Shown: positions 1 through 13,610 of the stretch, piece by piece
How positions within the stretch are numbered: the stretch's first letter is position 1
Layout of the letters: each line of letters opens with the position of its first letter
Source of the DNA: the human T2T-CHM13v2.0 reference genome, Homo sapiens
Length of the DNA stretch: 64,000 nt
Strand: one strand, 5' to 3'
Assembly (NCBI RefSeq): GCF_009914755.1
Contig: NC_060934.1
Translations under genes and position numbers: made by a program
Notes under the pieces: model-generated
What the model was told of the DNA's origin: nothing
Database searches by the model: none
Seen by the model: only the letters and a program-made list of their open reading frames with translations

Positions 1-179
1 CCTCAGCTAAGTCCAGGGGAATAAAGGAGATTAACAACAGCAACAGCGACAATGATTTCTACTGACATGTCTCTAGTCAGATGTCTCACACCCAGAACTC
101 ACCCAAATCGTAAAAAGATAAGCACCCATTACATAATAAATCCGAGATCCTGTAAGACTGTCATGGAAACCTCACAGGT

Positions 180-330
180 TTTAGCCCCAGACAGATCTGG
201 TTTTAATCCTGACTACTGCTTAGTGATAGTAAACTTTGGGACAAGTTTAGCCTCAGTTTCTCTCTCTGTTAAATGGGGTAGTGGCATCTCCCTCACAGAT
301 CTCTGAGAATTAAACGGGATCAAGTGAGCA
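180..330 (+). mobile_element. MIR SINE fragment
   Basis: Core gcctcagtttctctctctgttaaatgggg...gagaattaaa. Confidence 0.7.
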
Positions 331-2599
331 GAAGGTGTGGAATGGAGCTGGGCTGTAGCAGGTACCCAGGATGGCAGCATCCTAAGAAAGGGCAGTGCTG
401 CAGAAGTTTTGTGTGAGCTCATGACTGGGGGTCAGGGTCAGACAGGTCCTCCACCAACCCGGCTGAACCTCCGTTTCCTCCTCTGCAGTGTGGAGGTGTT
501 TTGAGGATTTCCCCAGGTTTAGTGCCCAGTAAGAGTAAGTGCTATTGCTGTGATCATGCATTATTATAGGGCCAAGGAGTAGACTCTGTGCATGAACATT
601 TTATAGGAGTGGGAATAGATAGAAACACTTAGAATTATTATAGGGTTTGTAATTACTGTGACATTGCCGCTTAGGTAGAACACAGACAGGTGTGTTCCAG
701 CCTGTTCCACCAGGCTGAGGCCTGGTTTCTTTATGTGTAAAAATGAAGATATTTGTCCCAGATTTGTCACTGGGCCATCTGAGATAGAGCTGTATATACA
801 CTAGGGGCCTATATAAATATGAATTATCATAATTATGACTTCAAAACTCATTTTGGTCACTGTATCATTTGTTTGGTCTGTTTGTAGAAACAATCTCCCC
901 TCCCCTAATAATACCATTGCTTGTGCCATGAAATGAGGTGTGAAACAGACTTCAGTAGTCCTAGCATGGTGAAGGCAGGGCCCTGCTTCCTAGTGTGTGA
1001 TGACAGTCCATGGGGACCTCCTGCAGGGCCCGGGATGTCTGTAATCCTCCTATTGGCCAGCCTTTGGAGTTTGTGACAGTTTGAGGTCTTTGCAGTCTGA
1101 ATTCAGCTCTTTTCAACATGATCAAAGACTGGCTCTCTGGGAAGTCTTCATTTTTCACCTTGTCTAGGAGACTGCCTGAAGAAACAACTTCTGCAATTCT
1201 TTTTACCAAGTCTCCTGATAAAATCCTCCACAGGCAGCATCTTGGAAAATGGCAGGCATGTTTTAGAAAGCAATCGCTCAGGGTTCCCTATCTCTGTTAA
1301 CTCTGATTGGGGCCTCAGATCAATCTTAAAAACCGTTATCCACCTGACACCCAACCAGGAACTGAATGTCTCTGAGTTGTACATAAATAATACAGATCAG
1401 AATGAAGTTCAGTGCCAAGGAGGGAAGCATCCTCCTTGCTTCCTTATCACACAAGCCTGTAACCATGCCCCATGACTGTCCAGAATACAGATTTAAAAAG
1501 GCATTGTGAAAATTGGAGATAATTGAGTTCTTGGTAAAGGAACGTTCCCTCCCTAAGGAGTTGAGATACATCATTTGTCCAGCTTCTTTCCTTGCTGATG
1601 ACTTTCTCTTGAAGCTTCTTCCAACAGATTCTGCAGTAACGCTGCCACCTGTGAACCTGTGAACTCCAAATGCTCTTGTTATGATCCACAGGTCTGCAGT
1701 CAGCAGATCGGACCTGGGAACGCCCTGCTTCTTCACTGTGTCATGAGGCTATCCATGGTCCTCTTAGAAAATCTTTAGCACATGTGGTGTGCCACAGGGA
1801 CAGTGTGTTGAGGTCAGCACCATGTTCTGCAGAGAGCAGGGGCTTTGAACTCAGAACACCGGCTCCCTGCACCCTCCCTATCCCTCCCAACTGGCCACAG
1901 CCCCTAAAGCTCTTACTTTCAGTGTTGCACAGCTCAGGCCCTGAGCCTGTGGAAGTCCAGCTGGGAGCCATGAATGAGCCCAGGGCCTGGGGCCTGAGAC
2001 CTGGGGTAGACTTGCAGCCTAAGCTGGAAACCCTGGTGGAGCCCTCAAGGATCTTCAGGTCTCAGAGCTCATGGCCTCTTCCAAACCCCAGGGAGTGCCC
2101 TTTTCAGGGTGAGTGGGTCCTCTTTGCAAAGTTCTGGTTGCTCTGTGGTAAGCCAGGACCTTGCACTAGACTCCGTGCCAAACAGGGTGCCTGTGACTTG
2201 CCCTGAGTCACTCCTGGGGTCTACCCCTTCAGGCAGCCTCATCTCACTGTATTCCTGAGTCCTGCAGAAGACCCTGTGGTTGAGGCTGCACTACTGGTCC
2301 TCACCCAGTGGCCTTAGGCTCAGCCTCTCTTCCTCTCAGTCTTGTCATTCATGTGAACATTCTAATGCCTGCGACCATGCTCATGGGAATGAGATGCCAT
2401 GCCACGTTGGGAAGAGTCACTAGTACTAGTGCCCCGGCCTTGGTGGCAGCCCAGGGCTGGGTGCTGAGCAGTGCCACAGGGAAGCAGCAGGATTAATGTG
2501 GAAGTGACTAGTGAACAGAATGCTTACCCAGGGGAGCTCTTGAATCCCCTAGTGTTTAGCTTGCCCTGGGAGAAGGGAGGAGAGGCCAAGGTGCACGTG

Positions 2600-2940
2600 A
2601 TTTTACAACACATTTGGGGCAGACCATTAGTGTCATCAAATCTCCATGGGCTGCTCTCTGAGTGTCCTTTGTGCTTAGGTTGGGGCCATGGTATGGGGTT
2701 CTGGCCAGTGGGATTGGGCAGGAGTGACAGCATCCACTTCCAGGCCTGGTCCTTTAAAAACTGCCAGTGACCTCCAGTCTTCTCTCCTATCTCTCCCCCT
2801 GAGTCAACCTTGGTGACCACAGAGACAGATGAGGCCAACATCTGGCCCACCACAGACATTACTACAGTGAGAGGTAAACTTCTATTATGTTTAGCTGCTG
2901 GGATCTCAAGGACATTTAACATTGTTCATTTTACTAATTA
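2600..2940 (+). mobile_element. MLT1 (MLT1I-like) MaLR LTR
   Basis: ttaggttggggccatg...ttctggccagtggg...cacttccaggcctgg and 3' taaacttctattatgttta resemble MLT1 consensus blocks. Confidence 0.6.
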
Positions 2941-5900
2941 GATGTTATTTTGAGAAAATAAGTGTTAGAGAATTTTGTCCTTAGCTGATCACCTGGCCAC
3001 ATGAACAAAGAAGTTATAAAATCATAGCACTAATTAAACATCGTATTTCCATGCTGGTAAATCCATTTAACTAATAATGATGATTTCCTTGCTCCATGGA
3101 TTGGATGTTGGGAAGGAAAAAGAAAGGAGAGGTCAGTCTCATCTACTTTGACTCTGGGGACCTTGGGCTGCTGGGAGCTGTCTTACTCTGATGGTTAGAA
3201 GCACTGAGCATGGCATGTCTAGGTTCTGGCTCAAGCTGTGATGGCCGTGTAGTACGCACTTCCTGCCTCACTTTTTGGACTGGAGCATTGGAGGGAGCCC
3301 AGAAAAGACTGATCTAGATCACTGTCCAAGAGGGGTTGTGGACCCCATGCCCATTCCTGGCTGAATGACATGTCCTGGGCAGCATGAGATCCTGGGAGTT
3401 TGCAAACGACCCTGCTTCCTCCTTGGCTTACTGGACCATATGGTAGGCCTCTTTGCCCCCTGAAGTACCTGGTGTTCCATGTAGAGGGGCTAAGGGGGAA
3501 ACTCAGATGAGCTGAATCCCTCTGGCTGCCCACGGCATTTGGTGGCTGCATAAGACACTGCAGTTGAGACAGGTATGTTCACAGGGAACCAGCCCTCAGA
3601 GGGCACATGCGCTGAGCCTCTCCAGAGGGAGTGACCGCCCACTTTTTAGTATTTTCTCTGATCTGGGACTCAGGTGGATATGGGCATTGACTGCTGCACC
3701 ATTGTGATGCTCACCGTCTCCGCTGCTCTTCAGAGCCTGCCGGCTGGGTGTGAAACAGCCTCTCCTGTTCCTCCAGAACTGGGAGCTCTTGGTAGGTGCT
3801 GCCTGGCCCCCACCCCCACCAGGAAGAGCCCTTGGGGACACAGGGCCTCTCCACTGCCTGGGTTGGCAGCACTGAACCACCGGCCTGCTCTTCCATGCCA
3901 TGGTCCCTGCCATGTTTTCCAGGGTTGCACAGTGTTTCCAGTCTTCTCTGCCCACGAAGAACAGACCCAGCTACTCAGACTGGGAGCGCTGGTGCTGTCC
4001 TGTCTTGTCCTGAGCCTAAGAGCACACTCTTGGAAGATTTTTTTCTGCTCAAAATACACCTTTGGGACATGTTGATGCTGGGTCCAGGGCCCCTCCTTGG
4101 AGTGGGTGGGGCCCTCCTTTGGCTGAAAATGGTTTGATTCTGTCTTATTTCTGGGAGGCCCTGAAACTAGTGCTATGCTCTGGGGTATATGGTGTCTCTG
4201 TGAGAGAGGCTGCCATGCTGCTTAGTTGAGCACAGGTTAGCCTGAGTAACATGGTATAGACACTTTTGCATTGACCTGCCCTGGCTGTGCCAGGCTGATC
4301 TGCTGAGCCAACTGCTGCCAAGGGGCACTGGCTGCATTTTGCTGAGGAAGGCACACCTCATCCCTGTCTTTAGCAAAGGCCACAGTCCATTTGGGAAATG
4401 TACCCATCGTCCTCGGCAGCCCTTCCAAACCACCTCCATTATGCTGATCAACTGTAACTCAGTATTCCACCAATGCATTAAGGAGCTAGAATGCTCCAAA
4501 CACAATGAAACATAAGTTATGCTCTTCTGAACAATGAATAAAATATGTTTCCCATGCTGCTTCAATGTTACTTGATTCATTTTTCTGCCTTGTGATTGAT
4601 AAAACTCATAATTTAACTATCAGTTTTCTACGTATTACTGTAAATTAACTGGGTTGCAATGAAAGCCAAAGGATTGCTCTATTATAAGTGTGAGACCTTT
4701 AAGTGCTGTAAACTAATATCCATGCTGACTTAAATTAGCAGATCCTGAGAGAAGCTCATTACTACCGGTAACACTGGAAGAAACACAAAAGTCATTTTTA
4801 GAAGGTGGAGATCCGTCTTGTAGGCAGTATAGCTCTGGGTGCAAAACAATTCGGGGGCAACCAAGACATTGTCACTTGTGATTTATTTGGTCTTGAGGTG
4901 TCATCAGGCCTCTTCTAACTTGATTTCCTTTTCCTAGGACAGTAGCAGAATTTTGCTGTCCATACATTAGTCCCCAGACATTGCTGATGCTGTCATTTCA
5001 GGGGCCTGCTCTCAGAACCCTGCAGGATGGTATAAAACAAACCTTAAAATGTATTTTGTATGATTACTTAAATCTTGTGTTTTTCTTTGACATGCAGAAA
5101 AAATGGTTTTAACTAAATATTGTTTGAAATTTGTTTAAAAACACAGCTGCTACTGCCAATTTCAAGTTAGTAAATAAATTTATATTTGACTTAAAATAAC
5201 TTGCTTGAATAGAGTTTTCATTTTGATATGTTTAATGTGGGGAATTATGGTTCTAAAATAGCTGCAAAAATACAGCATCCCTTTAAAAAAGCCACAAAGT
5301 CTCACAGTTGAATCTAAATAAATGATACCCCTCTCTCTTTTTATGACTCCAATGAGTAATTCTTCACAGAAGAAGCATTTCAAGTTGTCCCCCAGGACAT
5401 TTTAAAAAAGGAAATATCTGTTGTTGAATTTTTCTTCTGCAGCACTAATGGGAGTGTGAAGCTCAGTTCCTAATTAACTCAAGGTGCTCTCTAACGTGCT
5501 GCAGAAGACACTTTTCAATCATCGCTGGCTTATCCTGGGGCAGAGAGGGTCTGAGGGATGCATCAGAGCCTGTCTTTTATGCTCAGGTTTGTTTTTTTCT
5601 GAGTGTAGACAGACTGACTGAAATTTGCTGTGGCAAGATCTATGGGAGCAGCTTGGGAGGTAATCAGTTGCTTGTTCTTTTGTGGACAGAGACTTGCAGG
5701 TGGGAAGTAGGAAGGAGGGATTGAAGTCAGACTCTTCAGGGCTTCTCAGGAGGTCAGGGGCAAATTCACCAAGAGCAATGAGATCCATGAGTGACCCTAT
5801 CTTCAAGGGCCCCATGGCATCAAGGTCTGTATCCATCAGCTCTCTTGCCACCAACTGTGTCTCCCCAGAGACCTTCACCTGGCCCAATAGTGGAGCCAGG

Positions 5901-6139
5901 GTTCCAAACGCTCTGCACGAAACGGCCATTGAGGACTGCCAGGGGTGCCCACAGTGGGACTTCTGGGAAACTGCCCTGCTCTGGCCAGACCTCCAGAGCA
6001 TGCCTGCTTCTTTGGCCTCGTTTTTGACTCATCTAGGGTGGAACTTCTGAAAACTGCTAGGATTTGGCTGAATGTAGTTCTTTTTCTTCCATTCCTCTTT
6101 GCCTTATAAGGTCTCGGATGAACTTTTGACTTTTGGAGT

Positions 6140-6570
6140 TGAGAGGGCTCTTGGAGATCATTTCTGGCCAACTTGCTACCCAGTGGTCAGCTCTTCTCCA
6201 AGCCACTTAATCTACTAATAGTCTGGCCTCTACTTGTCCAGCACCAGGGACTGGAGCCCGCTACCACCCAGTAGACCACTCCATCAGAATGAAGTGTGGA
6301 ATGGAGTGTAGAAGACAAATCGGGGAGTCTGTCCATTTGTCTTCTGGTCTTGTTCATATAAGGATTCAGAGCTTCATATACTGCCCCTTAGCAAGATTTC
6401 TTTTCTCCAGATGACTTATTCAGTTATTCCTCCTATGGACATGAGTTTGGACTCCTCTCCATCCTTGCTGCCCTGTTCTTGAAAATATAGTGCCTTGAGG
6501 GGACCGTCACTCTCCAGAAGTGACCTGGTCTGACCATGGAAAAGCTTGGTGGGGCTTCCCCTCCCTTGTT
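6140..6570 (-). mobile_element. L3/CR1 LINE fragment
   Basis: ttcttttctccag...ccatccttgctgccct...ctccagaagtg..ggtctgacca resembles antisense CR1 ORF2 3' region. Confidence 0.6.
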
Positions 6571-6660
6571 CTAATTTCTATGCATCTTAAGAAAGTCACC
6601 TAATCTCTTTGTGCCTCAGTTTCCTTATTGGGACAGTGGTGATAGTACTCATTCCTAAAT

Positions 6661-8033
6661 TGTTTCAATCATCTACTGCTGTGTAAGAAAACTCCAAAAC
6701 TTATTGCCTACAAAATAGTGATCTGTTATTTGCCATGATACCGTGGCAGGGATCAGTGGATGTTTCTTCTGCTCTATATAGCTTGGTCCAGAGTCACTGA
6801 CACAGTTGCATTCGGCAGCTGAGCTGGGCTATAAGGTCCAGGAAGGAAGGTCTCACTCATTCATCTAGGCTGTGTGGTTTTTCTCTCATTCACGCTTCCT
6901 CATCATTCTGTGGTCCATTCAGACATTCTTACAGAATGGTGGCGGCTTTTCAGAGCAAAGCAGAAACATGCTTGGTTTCTTAGGGATGAGATCTAAAATT
7001 AAACTCTAAGGCCCCCACCTGACCAAATAAATACACTCTTGGCCAAGGGGAACCTAGGGAAACCTTAAAAACTGAGTTCCTGGCTGTGATAGGAGGTCAA
7101 ACATGCCTTGCTACATCCTTCTTCAGTTTAGACACCACATCCGACCAGCAATAATGTTACAGTAGTGATCACACAACTGACTTTATGGCAATAAGATACC
7201 AAATTATAAATAAGACCCAAGGCCATTCCAACCAACCAACACTTAAGTCATACACCTGTACACTTAAAGAATAAACAATGTTCTAACTGCCACAGGTTTT
7301 TCTTTTTCTCTAGCAGTTAAACAGGCACTAGCCCTAAGAAACAAGTGCTAAAACAATTGTAGTTCACCGTTAGACCTTGACTAACTGACCCCCAACCCCT
7401 GGTCCACAAGTCACAACTACAGCTTTGATTGGACAAGAGATGGATGTCAGTAACTTTCTCCTGATAAAAGACCACCAACAATAGGCTGGCTCTGACCAGT
7501 TAACAAGAGGCTGCACACAGAGGGCCTTCATGTCCCTGCTTCACCTATTGCTGTATAGGGCCTGCCTGCAATGCATTTAAATGTTAAGCCTCTGCTCCAG
7601 AGTGAATATGAGTCACATTTAATATGGATGTTCAGTAGGCATGAGTCAGGACCCTCTTTGTGAATATTCATAGCTCCTCCTGTAACCCTACTTAGCTAAT
7701 CTGTTCAGGACAAATTCCTGCCTTACCATCCATTCCCTCAAAGTGCCTGCCTTTCCGGGTCTACCAGAGGCTATGCTTCCCAACCTGCAGATGGCCAGCC
7801 TGCAGGTTGCAATGCTTTACGAAAAATAAGATCTCCTTTCTAAATTTATAAATTGTGTGATTTTTAAGTTAACAGAGACCAAACCTGGAAATGGCATGGC
7901 ATCACTTCTGTCTTATTCTGTTTGTCAAATAGTCACAAAGACAGCTCAGATTCAAGGGGAAGGGAAATAGGCTCTGCTTGTTGGGAGAAGGGGCAGGAAT
8001 AAGTGGCAGCCATCTTTGGGATTATCTACCATG
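6661..8033 (-). mobile_element. MLT1 (J/K-like) LTR split by an ERV1 LTR, itself inside a MIR (MIR halves ~6585-6660 and ~8034-8135)
   Basis: Starts tgtttcaatcatctactgctgtgtaa, ends gcagccatctttgggattatctacca; MIR core on the left and MIR 3' part on the right. Confidence 0.65.
6987..7874 (+). mobile_element. ERV1 solo LTR, MER4D-like (888 bp)
   Basis: TG...CA termini; 4-bp TSD GGGA/GAGA; MER4-group 5' motif aaactctaaggccccc...cttggccaagggg...aaaccttaaaaactgagttcc. Confidence 0.75.
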
Positions 8034-8299
8034 TATCTTGCAGAGTTGCTGTGGGAATTAAAGCAAGTTAATACATGCAAAACACTTAGAACAGAGCCTG
8101 GTTCATCAGATATATAAAAGTTAGCTTTTATTTAGATTCAAACTGTTGATCAAACTCACGAAGTAAGGCAGAGGCGAGGTTGGAGCCATGTCGCCTGCCC
8201 CTAGACTCCACTGTTTGATTGTGTTGAATGATTTGCTAAACCTTCATAGGGTAAAGTTCCACCCAGGGGAGAAGGCCACAACTAGGGTATTTCCTACAT

Positions 8300-8420
8300 G
8301 GTTTACCGCATGAGTTTACTCTCACCATAGTCCTATAAGATAGGTGTGGTTATTCTCAACTTACAAGGAGGAAACTGAGGCTCAGAGAGTGAAATATCTT
8401 CTCTAGTTACCAGCTAGAAC
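8300..8420 (-). mobile_element. MIR fragment
   Basis: acaaggaggaaactgaggctcagagagtgaa core. Confidence 0.7.
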
Positions 8421-9029
8421 CATCCTGGTTACTCAAGAGAAATCTGCCATTTTTCTCTATCACGCAAGATCCTGTAATATGACATGCTAAAATTTAGACA
8501 CCAGGTATTCGTGGCAGACTTACCACCCACGAGTCTGGACTCCTAATCAAGAAAGGGAGTGAAGACCATCTGAAGGGCTGGTCTCAGGGAGCTCTGCATG
8601 TTCAGGCAATCATTGTTTTCTAGATCTGCAACTTCCTTTTTATAATTCATATTAGATGCCTTCGCATGCTTCTTGAAGGTCTTTCATTTCAGAACCCATT
8701 CTAAGAATTGTAATAGTCTTATCTCTGAGTGTTTAGGCAGCATTGACAACACTATCAACCACAGCAACTTCCATTTGTCCAATGCTTAGTGAAGCCACAG
8801 CCTCAAAGGACCACACCAAAAGTAGGAACAAGAGGGCTTCAATGATCTTCCCAAATCTATAGCTAGTAGGTGGTATAAATGGGACTTGAAGCCAGGTATT
8901 CTGGTTCCAAATATTATGGTTTTTTCCATTATAGTATGCAAGCTTTCATTCTACCTTTTTGAGCCCCACATTCTCTACCAGTACAGTGGAAATTGATTGT
9001 GCCTGGCCTTGTGGAGATGCTGTGTGAAT

Positions 9030-9435
9030 GTTTATTGAACAAGTGTTTATTGAGCTTCTACTATGTGTCAGACATTGTTCTGGATACTGAGACACAGAGA
9101 TAAACAAGATAGACAAAAACCTCACCTTGTTGGGCTTACAGTCTGATAGGGAAGGCAGTCAATAAGCTCTTTGCCAATTCTCAGGCACTTTACAAAAGCA
9201 ATAAATTATTTTTCCATTGAGGATCTAATACAAATATGGGTCACACTATGCACTCATTCATTCCATTTATTTTTCTCATTTATTCATTCATTCATTCAAT
9301 TATTCAAGTAAGCACCCAATATTACTGGATACCAATTATGTGTCAAGTACTGCTAGGTGATAGGAAAAGAGAAATAATAAGACAGATTGAAGCCCCACCT
9401 GAATGAGGTTTATGATATAGAATGGAGAACAGAAA
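9030..9435 (-). mobile_element. Two L2 3'-end fragments
   Basis: tttattgagcttctactatgtgtcagacattgttct and a (ttca)n tail. Confidence 0.65.
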
Positions 9436-9941
9436 TTAAATTGAGGAAGTGTTATAAATAACAACAGCAATATCAAAACAGTAATGCAATAATAATAGCA
9501 GTGACATCCTCTTGGCTGGTTTGAGTAACAATTTACAGCTTATGAAGGATGCACAGTTAGGGCTTGCTAAGTCAACTTGAGCTGGGTGGAGGTTATGAGG
9601 TCCAGAAGTGAAGGGCATCTGACACAGGGGCGGTCCTGTGAGCTGTGAGCACAAGATGAGCTCCGACACCTGATGGCATCTTCATCGTACCCCCAGGTGG
9701 TGCTGAGATGAGGGCCATGGAAGATAGAGCCAGCCAAAGGTGTGAGGTTTTTGTGGGCAGACATTAATGGCACGGCAGGGGGTTGTCCTAGCAGTCTCAC
9801 TGAACTTGTGTCAGCTTTCAGGCGCTATCTGAGAGTGAGTACCTGTTAGTCTTGGCCTGATGTCAGTCCTTCAGTTTCCTCATTTGAGAAATGGAGACAA
9901 CCCAGGCATCTACTCCAGGTCAAGGACTCAGGGAAGGAGCG

Positions 9942-10362
9942 TGATATGGTTTGGCTCTGTGTCTCCATCCAAATCTCATGTTTAATTGTAATCCCCAGTG
10001 TTGGAGGTGGGGCCTGGCGGAAGGTATTTGGATCATGGGGGCGGTTTCTCTTGAGTGGTTAGCACCATCTTCTTGGTGCTGTCCTCAAAATAGAGTGAAT
10101 TCTCACGAAATCTGGTGGTTTAAAAGTGTGTGTGGCACCTCCCTGCTCTCTCTTTTGCTCCTGCTCTGGCCATGTGACATGACTGCTCCCTCTTTGCCTT
10201 CCGCCATGATTCTAAGTTTCCTGAGGCATCTCCAGAAGCTGAGCAGAGGTCAGCATCATGCTTCCTGTACAGCATGCAGAACAATGAGCCAATTAAACCT
10301 CTTTAAAAAAAAATTATCCAGTCTCAGGTATTTCTTTATAGCAATGGGAGAATGGAGTAACA
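9942..10362 (+). mobile_element. MST (MSTA-like) MaLR solo LTR
   Basis: Starts tgatatggtttggctctgtgtc; ends ctcaggtatttctttatagcaatgggagaatggagtaaca. Confidence 0.88.
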
Positions 10363-12836
10363 GAGTTCATGAAAGCAACATTTTATTTTTTGTTTTTGTT
10401 TTTGACGTGCAAGTTTGGTAAACAATGGGCTGGGAAATGAAGATTCCCTGCAGGCTGAAATATTCCTGTGACTTTCAAGTTATGGGATAGGATGGCCTCT
10501 CTTTCTTCCCCTGAGGTTTCCTCTTTCTTAAAGATTTCTGGTTTCCGACTGTCCAATATTAATGTTCCACTCCTAGAAGTGCATGTGCTTTCCCATCCAT
10601 CTTGACTTTCTCCCCACCAGTCTCAAGCTTTTACTCAATCACATCAAACTTTAAATCAATCTTCTATGGCTCCTTATTGCTGAGCTTCCCTCACTTATTC
10701 TCCTGGAAAAAAAATAAAACATACAACAGAAACCTAGCCTGCTCTCAAAGTGATTTTTAAATTGCCTCTTCTAGAACATAATGTTGCATCAGCCATGGCA
10801 GGTAGGTGGGAGGGGGAAGTGTGGATTCCAAACTCCACCTGCCATGTTCCCTCCCCTGCTTCTTCCAAGGCCCCCAGCCCTTGTTCCAGCATGGTGAGGA
10901 TTTTCTTGGCCTCAGCTGATATTAGAACACCAGCCCCATCTAAGTGGCCTTTCTGCTTCCAGCCTGGTCCTGGTCAGCCCCTATCTGTGCTGCTGCAGGA
11001 TGACTCTCCTCTTGGGGCTCTGATGGCCAAGTATAAGCAACCCACAACCTTCACTGACCCCTATCGCAGCCCACGAAGTGAGGACCTAGATCCTGGGTGT
11101 GGCAGTGAAGCCCCTTTACAGGAGTCCTCTAGTCCCACATCTGCATTTTGTGTTCCTGCCTGTAGGATGAGCATCCTATGCCCTACGTCAGAGACTATGG
11201 GCTCCCCACTGGGTGTGGACTGCCAGACACATAGCATCCATGGACCTCCCACACATTCCTAGGTTCATTCTAAACACATCTTCCAAGAACCTCCAATATG
11301 CCAGGGCCTCTTCAGAGGCCAGCGTGGGGCTCAGTGGCCCTTTCTAGAAGAGGGAGCCCCTGGCCTGGCCTCCCCATTCTCCTCCTGGTCATCCAAAGAA
11401 CCTCTAGCACTGTGGCCCTGCTGCATTCCGTTTTTTGGTTATAGTTTTTCTTTTCTTGTTTAAATTTTTAAAATACTTTAAAATATGGACTTACATGAAG
11501 ATAGTCTCAACGTGAGAAATTACAATAACACAGAAAAAATGCAAGCTGACCCTGTTACCAACTCACTCCCCTGCCTCACATCCCTGCCCCATGGCTCTGA
11601 CTTGTCTTATTTGTATGCTCAAAATCTCAAAAATAAATTATTTCCATCTTATTTCACTTTTTTTTTACAATGAAAGTTTACACTTGCACATAGTTTGAAG
11701 AATCAAGAGTTCTACACGGCTTATCATGAGGCAGCAAATTCTTCCCCTGCCATTGCCTGAATCTGTCACCACGTTCTATGCTCTCAGATGAGGTTTCTTT
11801 TCTATCTTTCTCCTTTTTTTAAGATATTTATTTCTAATTAGTATGCTTATGTTACTCCTTTTTGATTTTACATTTTAGTCATTGTCTGTGGAATTCCTAG
11901 CATGGGCAGTGAGATTTTGCTTTCTGCCCCTTCTCCACTCACCCATCCCTCCCCCCACCGCCACCCACCGCCACCCAACCACACACCTTCCCAAATCTCC
12001 ATGGTAATTTTGGTTATCTCAGTTAGTATTTAGTGTTTATACTCCCATCCTGGGGAGTTTATTTCAAGCATTTCTCTAAAGACTCTTTTTCCTTCATTTC
12101 TCTCTTCTCTTTTTCTAAAACTCCTTCTATTCGGACATTGGGTTGTCTCTCTTATTGTCCTCTTCTTCCTAGAAGTGTCAAGTTTTCATCCAACCCTTCT
12201 TTGGAGTTTTTTATTCATGATATCTTATTTCTGACTTCTGGGGATCGGTTCCTCCTCTGACTCTTCCGTATTTAGAGATTCTCTCTGAGGATATTACAGT
12301 AGTTTTGTATAACAGTTTTCTTCCCCCTGCACAGTATCTGCTGCCTGCAACTTGCTTTTTGTTTTCTTCCTCTTTTTGTCTTGGTTCCTCAAATGAGAGT
12401 GTTTCCTCAAATGTCTGCTGAACCAGGCCTATCACTCCCACTTGAGAATGGTTCTCTATGGAGCTGACTGGGTGGCGTCGGAGGATGGGGAGGGCATACA
12501 CAGGAGGGTCCACCTCCGCCATTTTACTGGAGAACCTCTGGAGAAATTTACTGGAGAAAATTCATCAGTTTCCTTCCTGGGGGCTACTCCTGACTGCTGG
12601 GGCTTGGAAACCAAATGTGGATAGAGACTGGGGCCTAAGGAACTGGTCTGCACACTGATGTTCACCCAACCTTCCTGTTCTCTAAGATATTCCACCAAGA
12701 AAGGGCCAGAGTCCCCATTATAAAGGGCTCCCTTTTATTCTCAGAGAATACATACAACTCCAGTCTTACAGCTGAGTGGGGGCGGGCAGTCACCTCTTGG
12801 CACTGGATTGCTCAGAAAATCTGAGATCTAACTGCT

Positions 12837-13151
12837 CTTTTTTGGTTTTTTTTTTTTTTTTTTTTTTTTTTTGGAGACAGAGTCTCGCTCTGCTGCCCAG
12901 GCTGAAGTGCAGTAGCGCTTATCTTGTCTCAACCTCTACCTCCCAGGTTCAAGCAAGTCTCCTGTCTCAGCCTCCCGAGTAGCTGGGATTACAGGCATGT
13001 GCCAGCACACCCGGCTAATTTTTGTATTTTTAGTAGAAACGGGGTTTCACCATGTTGGCTAGGCTGGTCTCGAACTCCTGACCTCAAGTGATCTGCCTGC
13101 CTTGGCCTCCCAAAGTGCTGGGACTAGAGGCGTGAGCCACTGCGCCTGGCC
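12837..13151 (-). mobile_element. AluS (Sx/Sz-like)
   Basis: Full dimer with poly(T); TSD ctaactgct at 12828-12836 and 13152-13160. Confidence 0.95.
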
Positions 13152-13562
13152 CTAACTGCTTTTTTTTAAGTTAACCTTCACCCAGTGCTCCTGTCCTGAG
13201 CTCCTTTTTTGCCCTCATTTCCAGAGATATCTAGTCCTGCCAAGCCCCAAGTCTTTGAGGGGTTTTGTTTTGCAAACCAGACAGCTTCCATGCTCTCCTT
13301 TGTGCTGGTTTGGGATTTAGCTGTCTTGGATCAGCTAAATAAATCAGCAGCCTCTCCCTCATCTGTTTTCCTGCATCCAGAATGCTTTCTCCCCTCATGT
13401 TCTTTCCATCTAGTTGTGCTTGTGCCTTTAAAAACATCCTCTAGTGCTGTATCATGAAGTTTTGTGATGTGGAGGAGCCAAATGTGACTTTTAAATGTCA
13501 CCCTTAACTGGAAGTTTGAATTTGAGTTTTGGTTTTCTCATTAACTACAGAAGTATTATGCA

Positions 13563-13596
<34 letters not shown>

Positions 13597-13610
13597 CTGT
13601 GTGTGTGTGT
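13563..13610. repeat. (TG)n microsatellite, interrupted
   Basis: Directly visible. Confidence 0.95.

Noticed and set aside
1190-1420. Plus-strand FTKSPDKILH and RMKFS resembling CR1 RT motifs (FSKAFDKVPH, MKFN)
   Set aside because: Spacing is too short and the intervening QG/FADD motifs are absent. Kept only as an alternative explanation for the 1-6 kb region.
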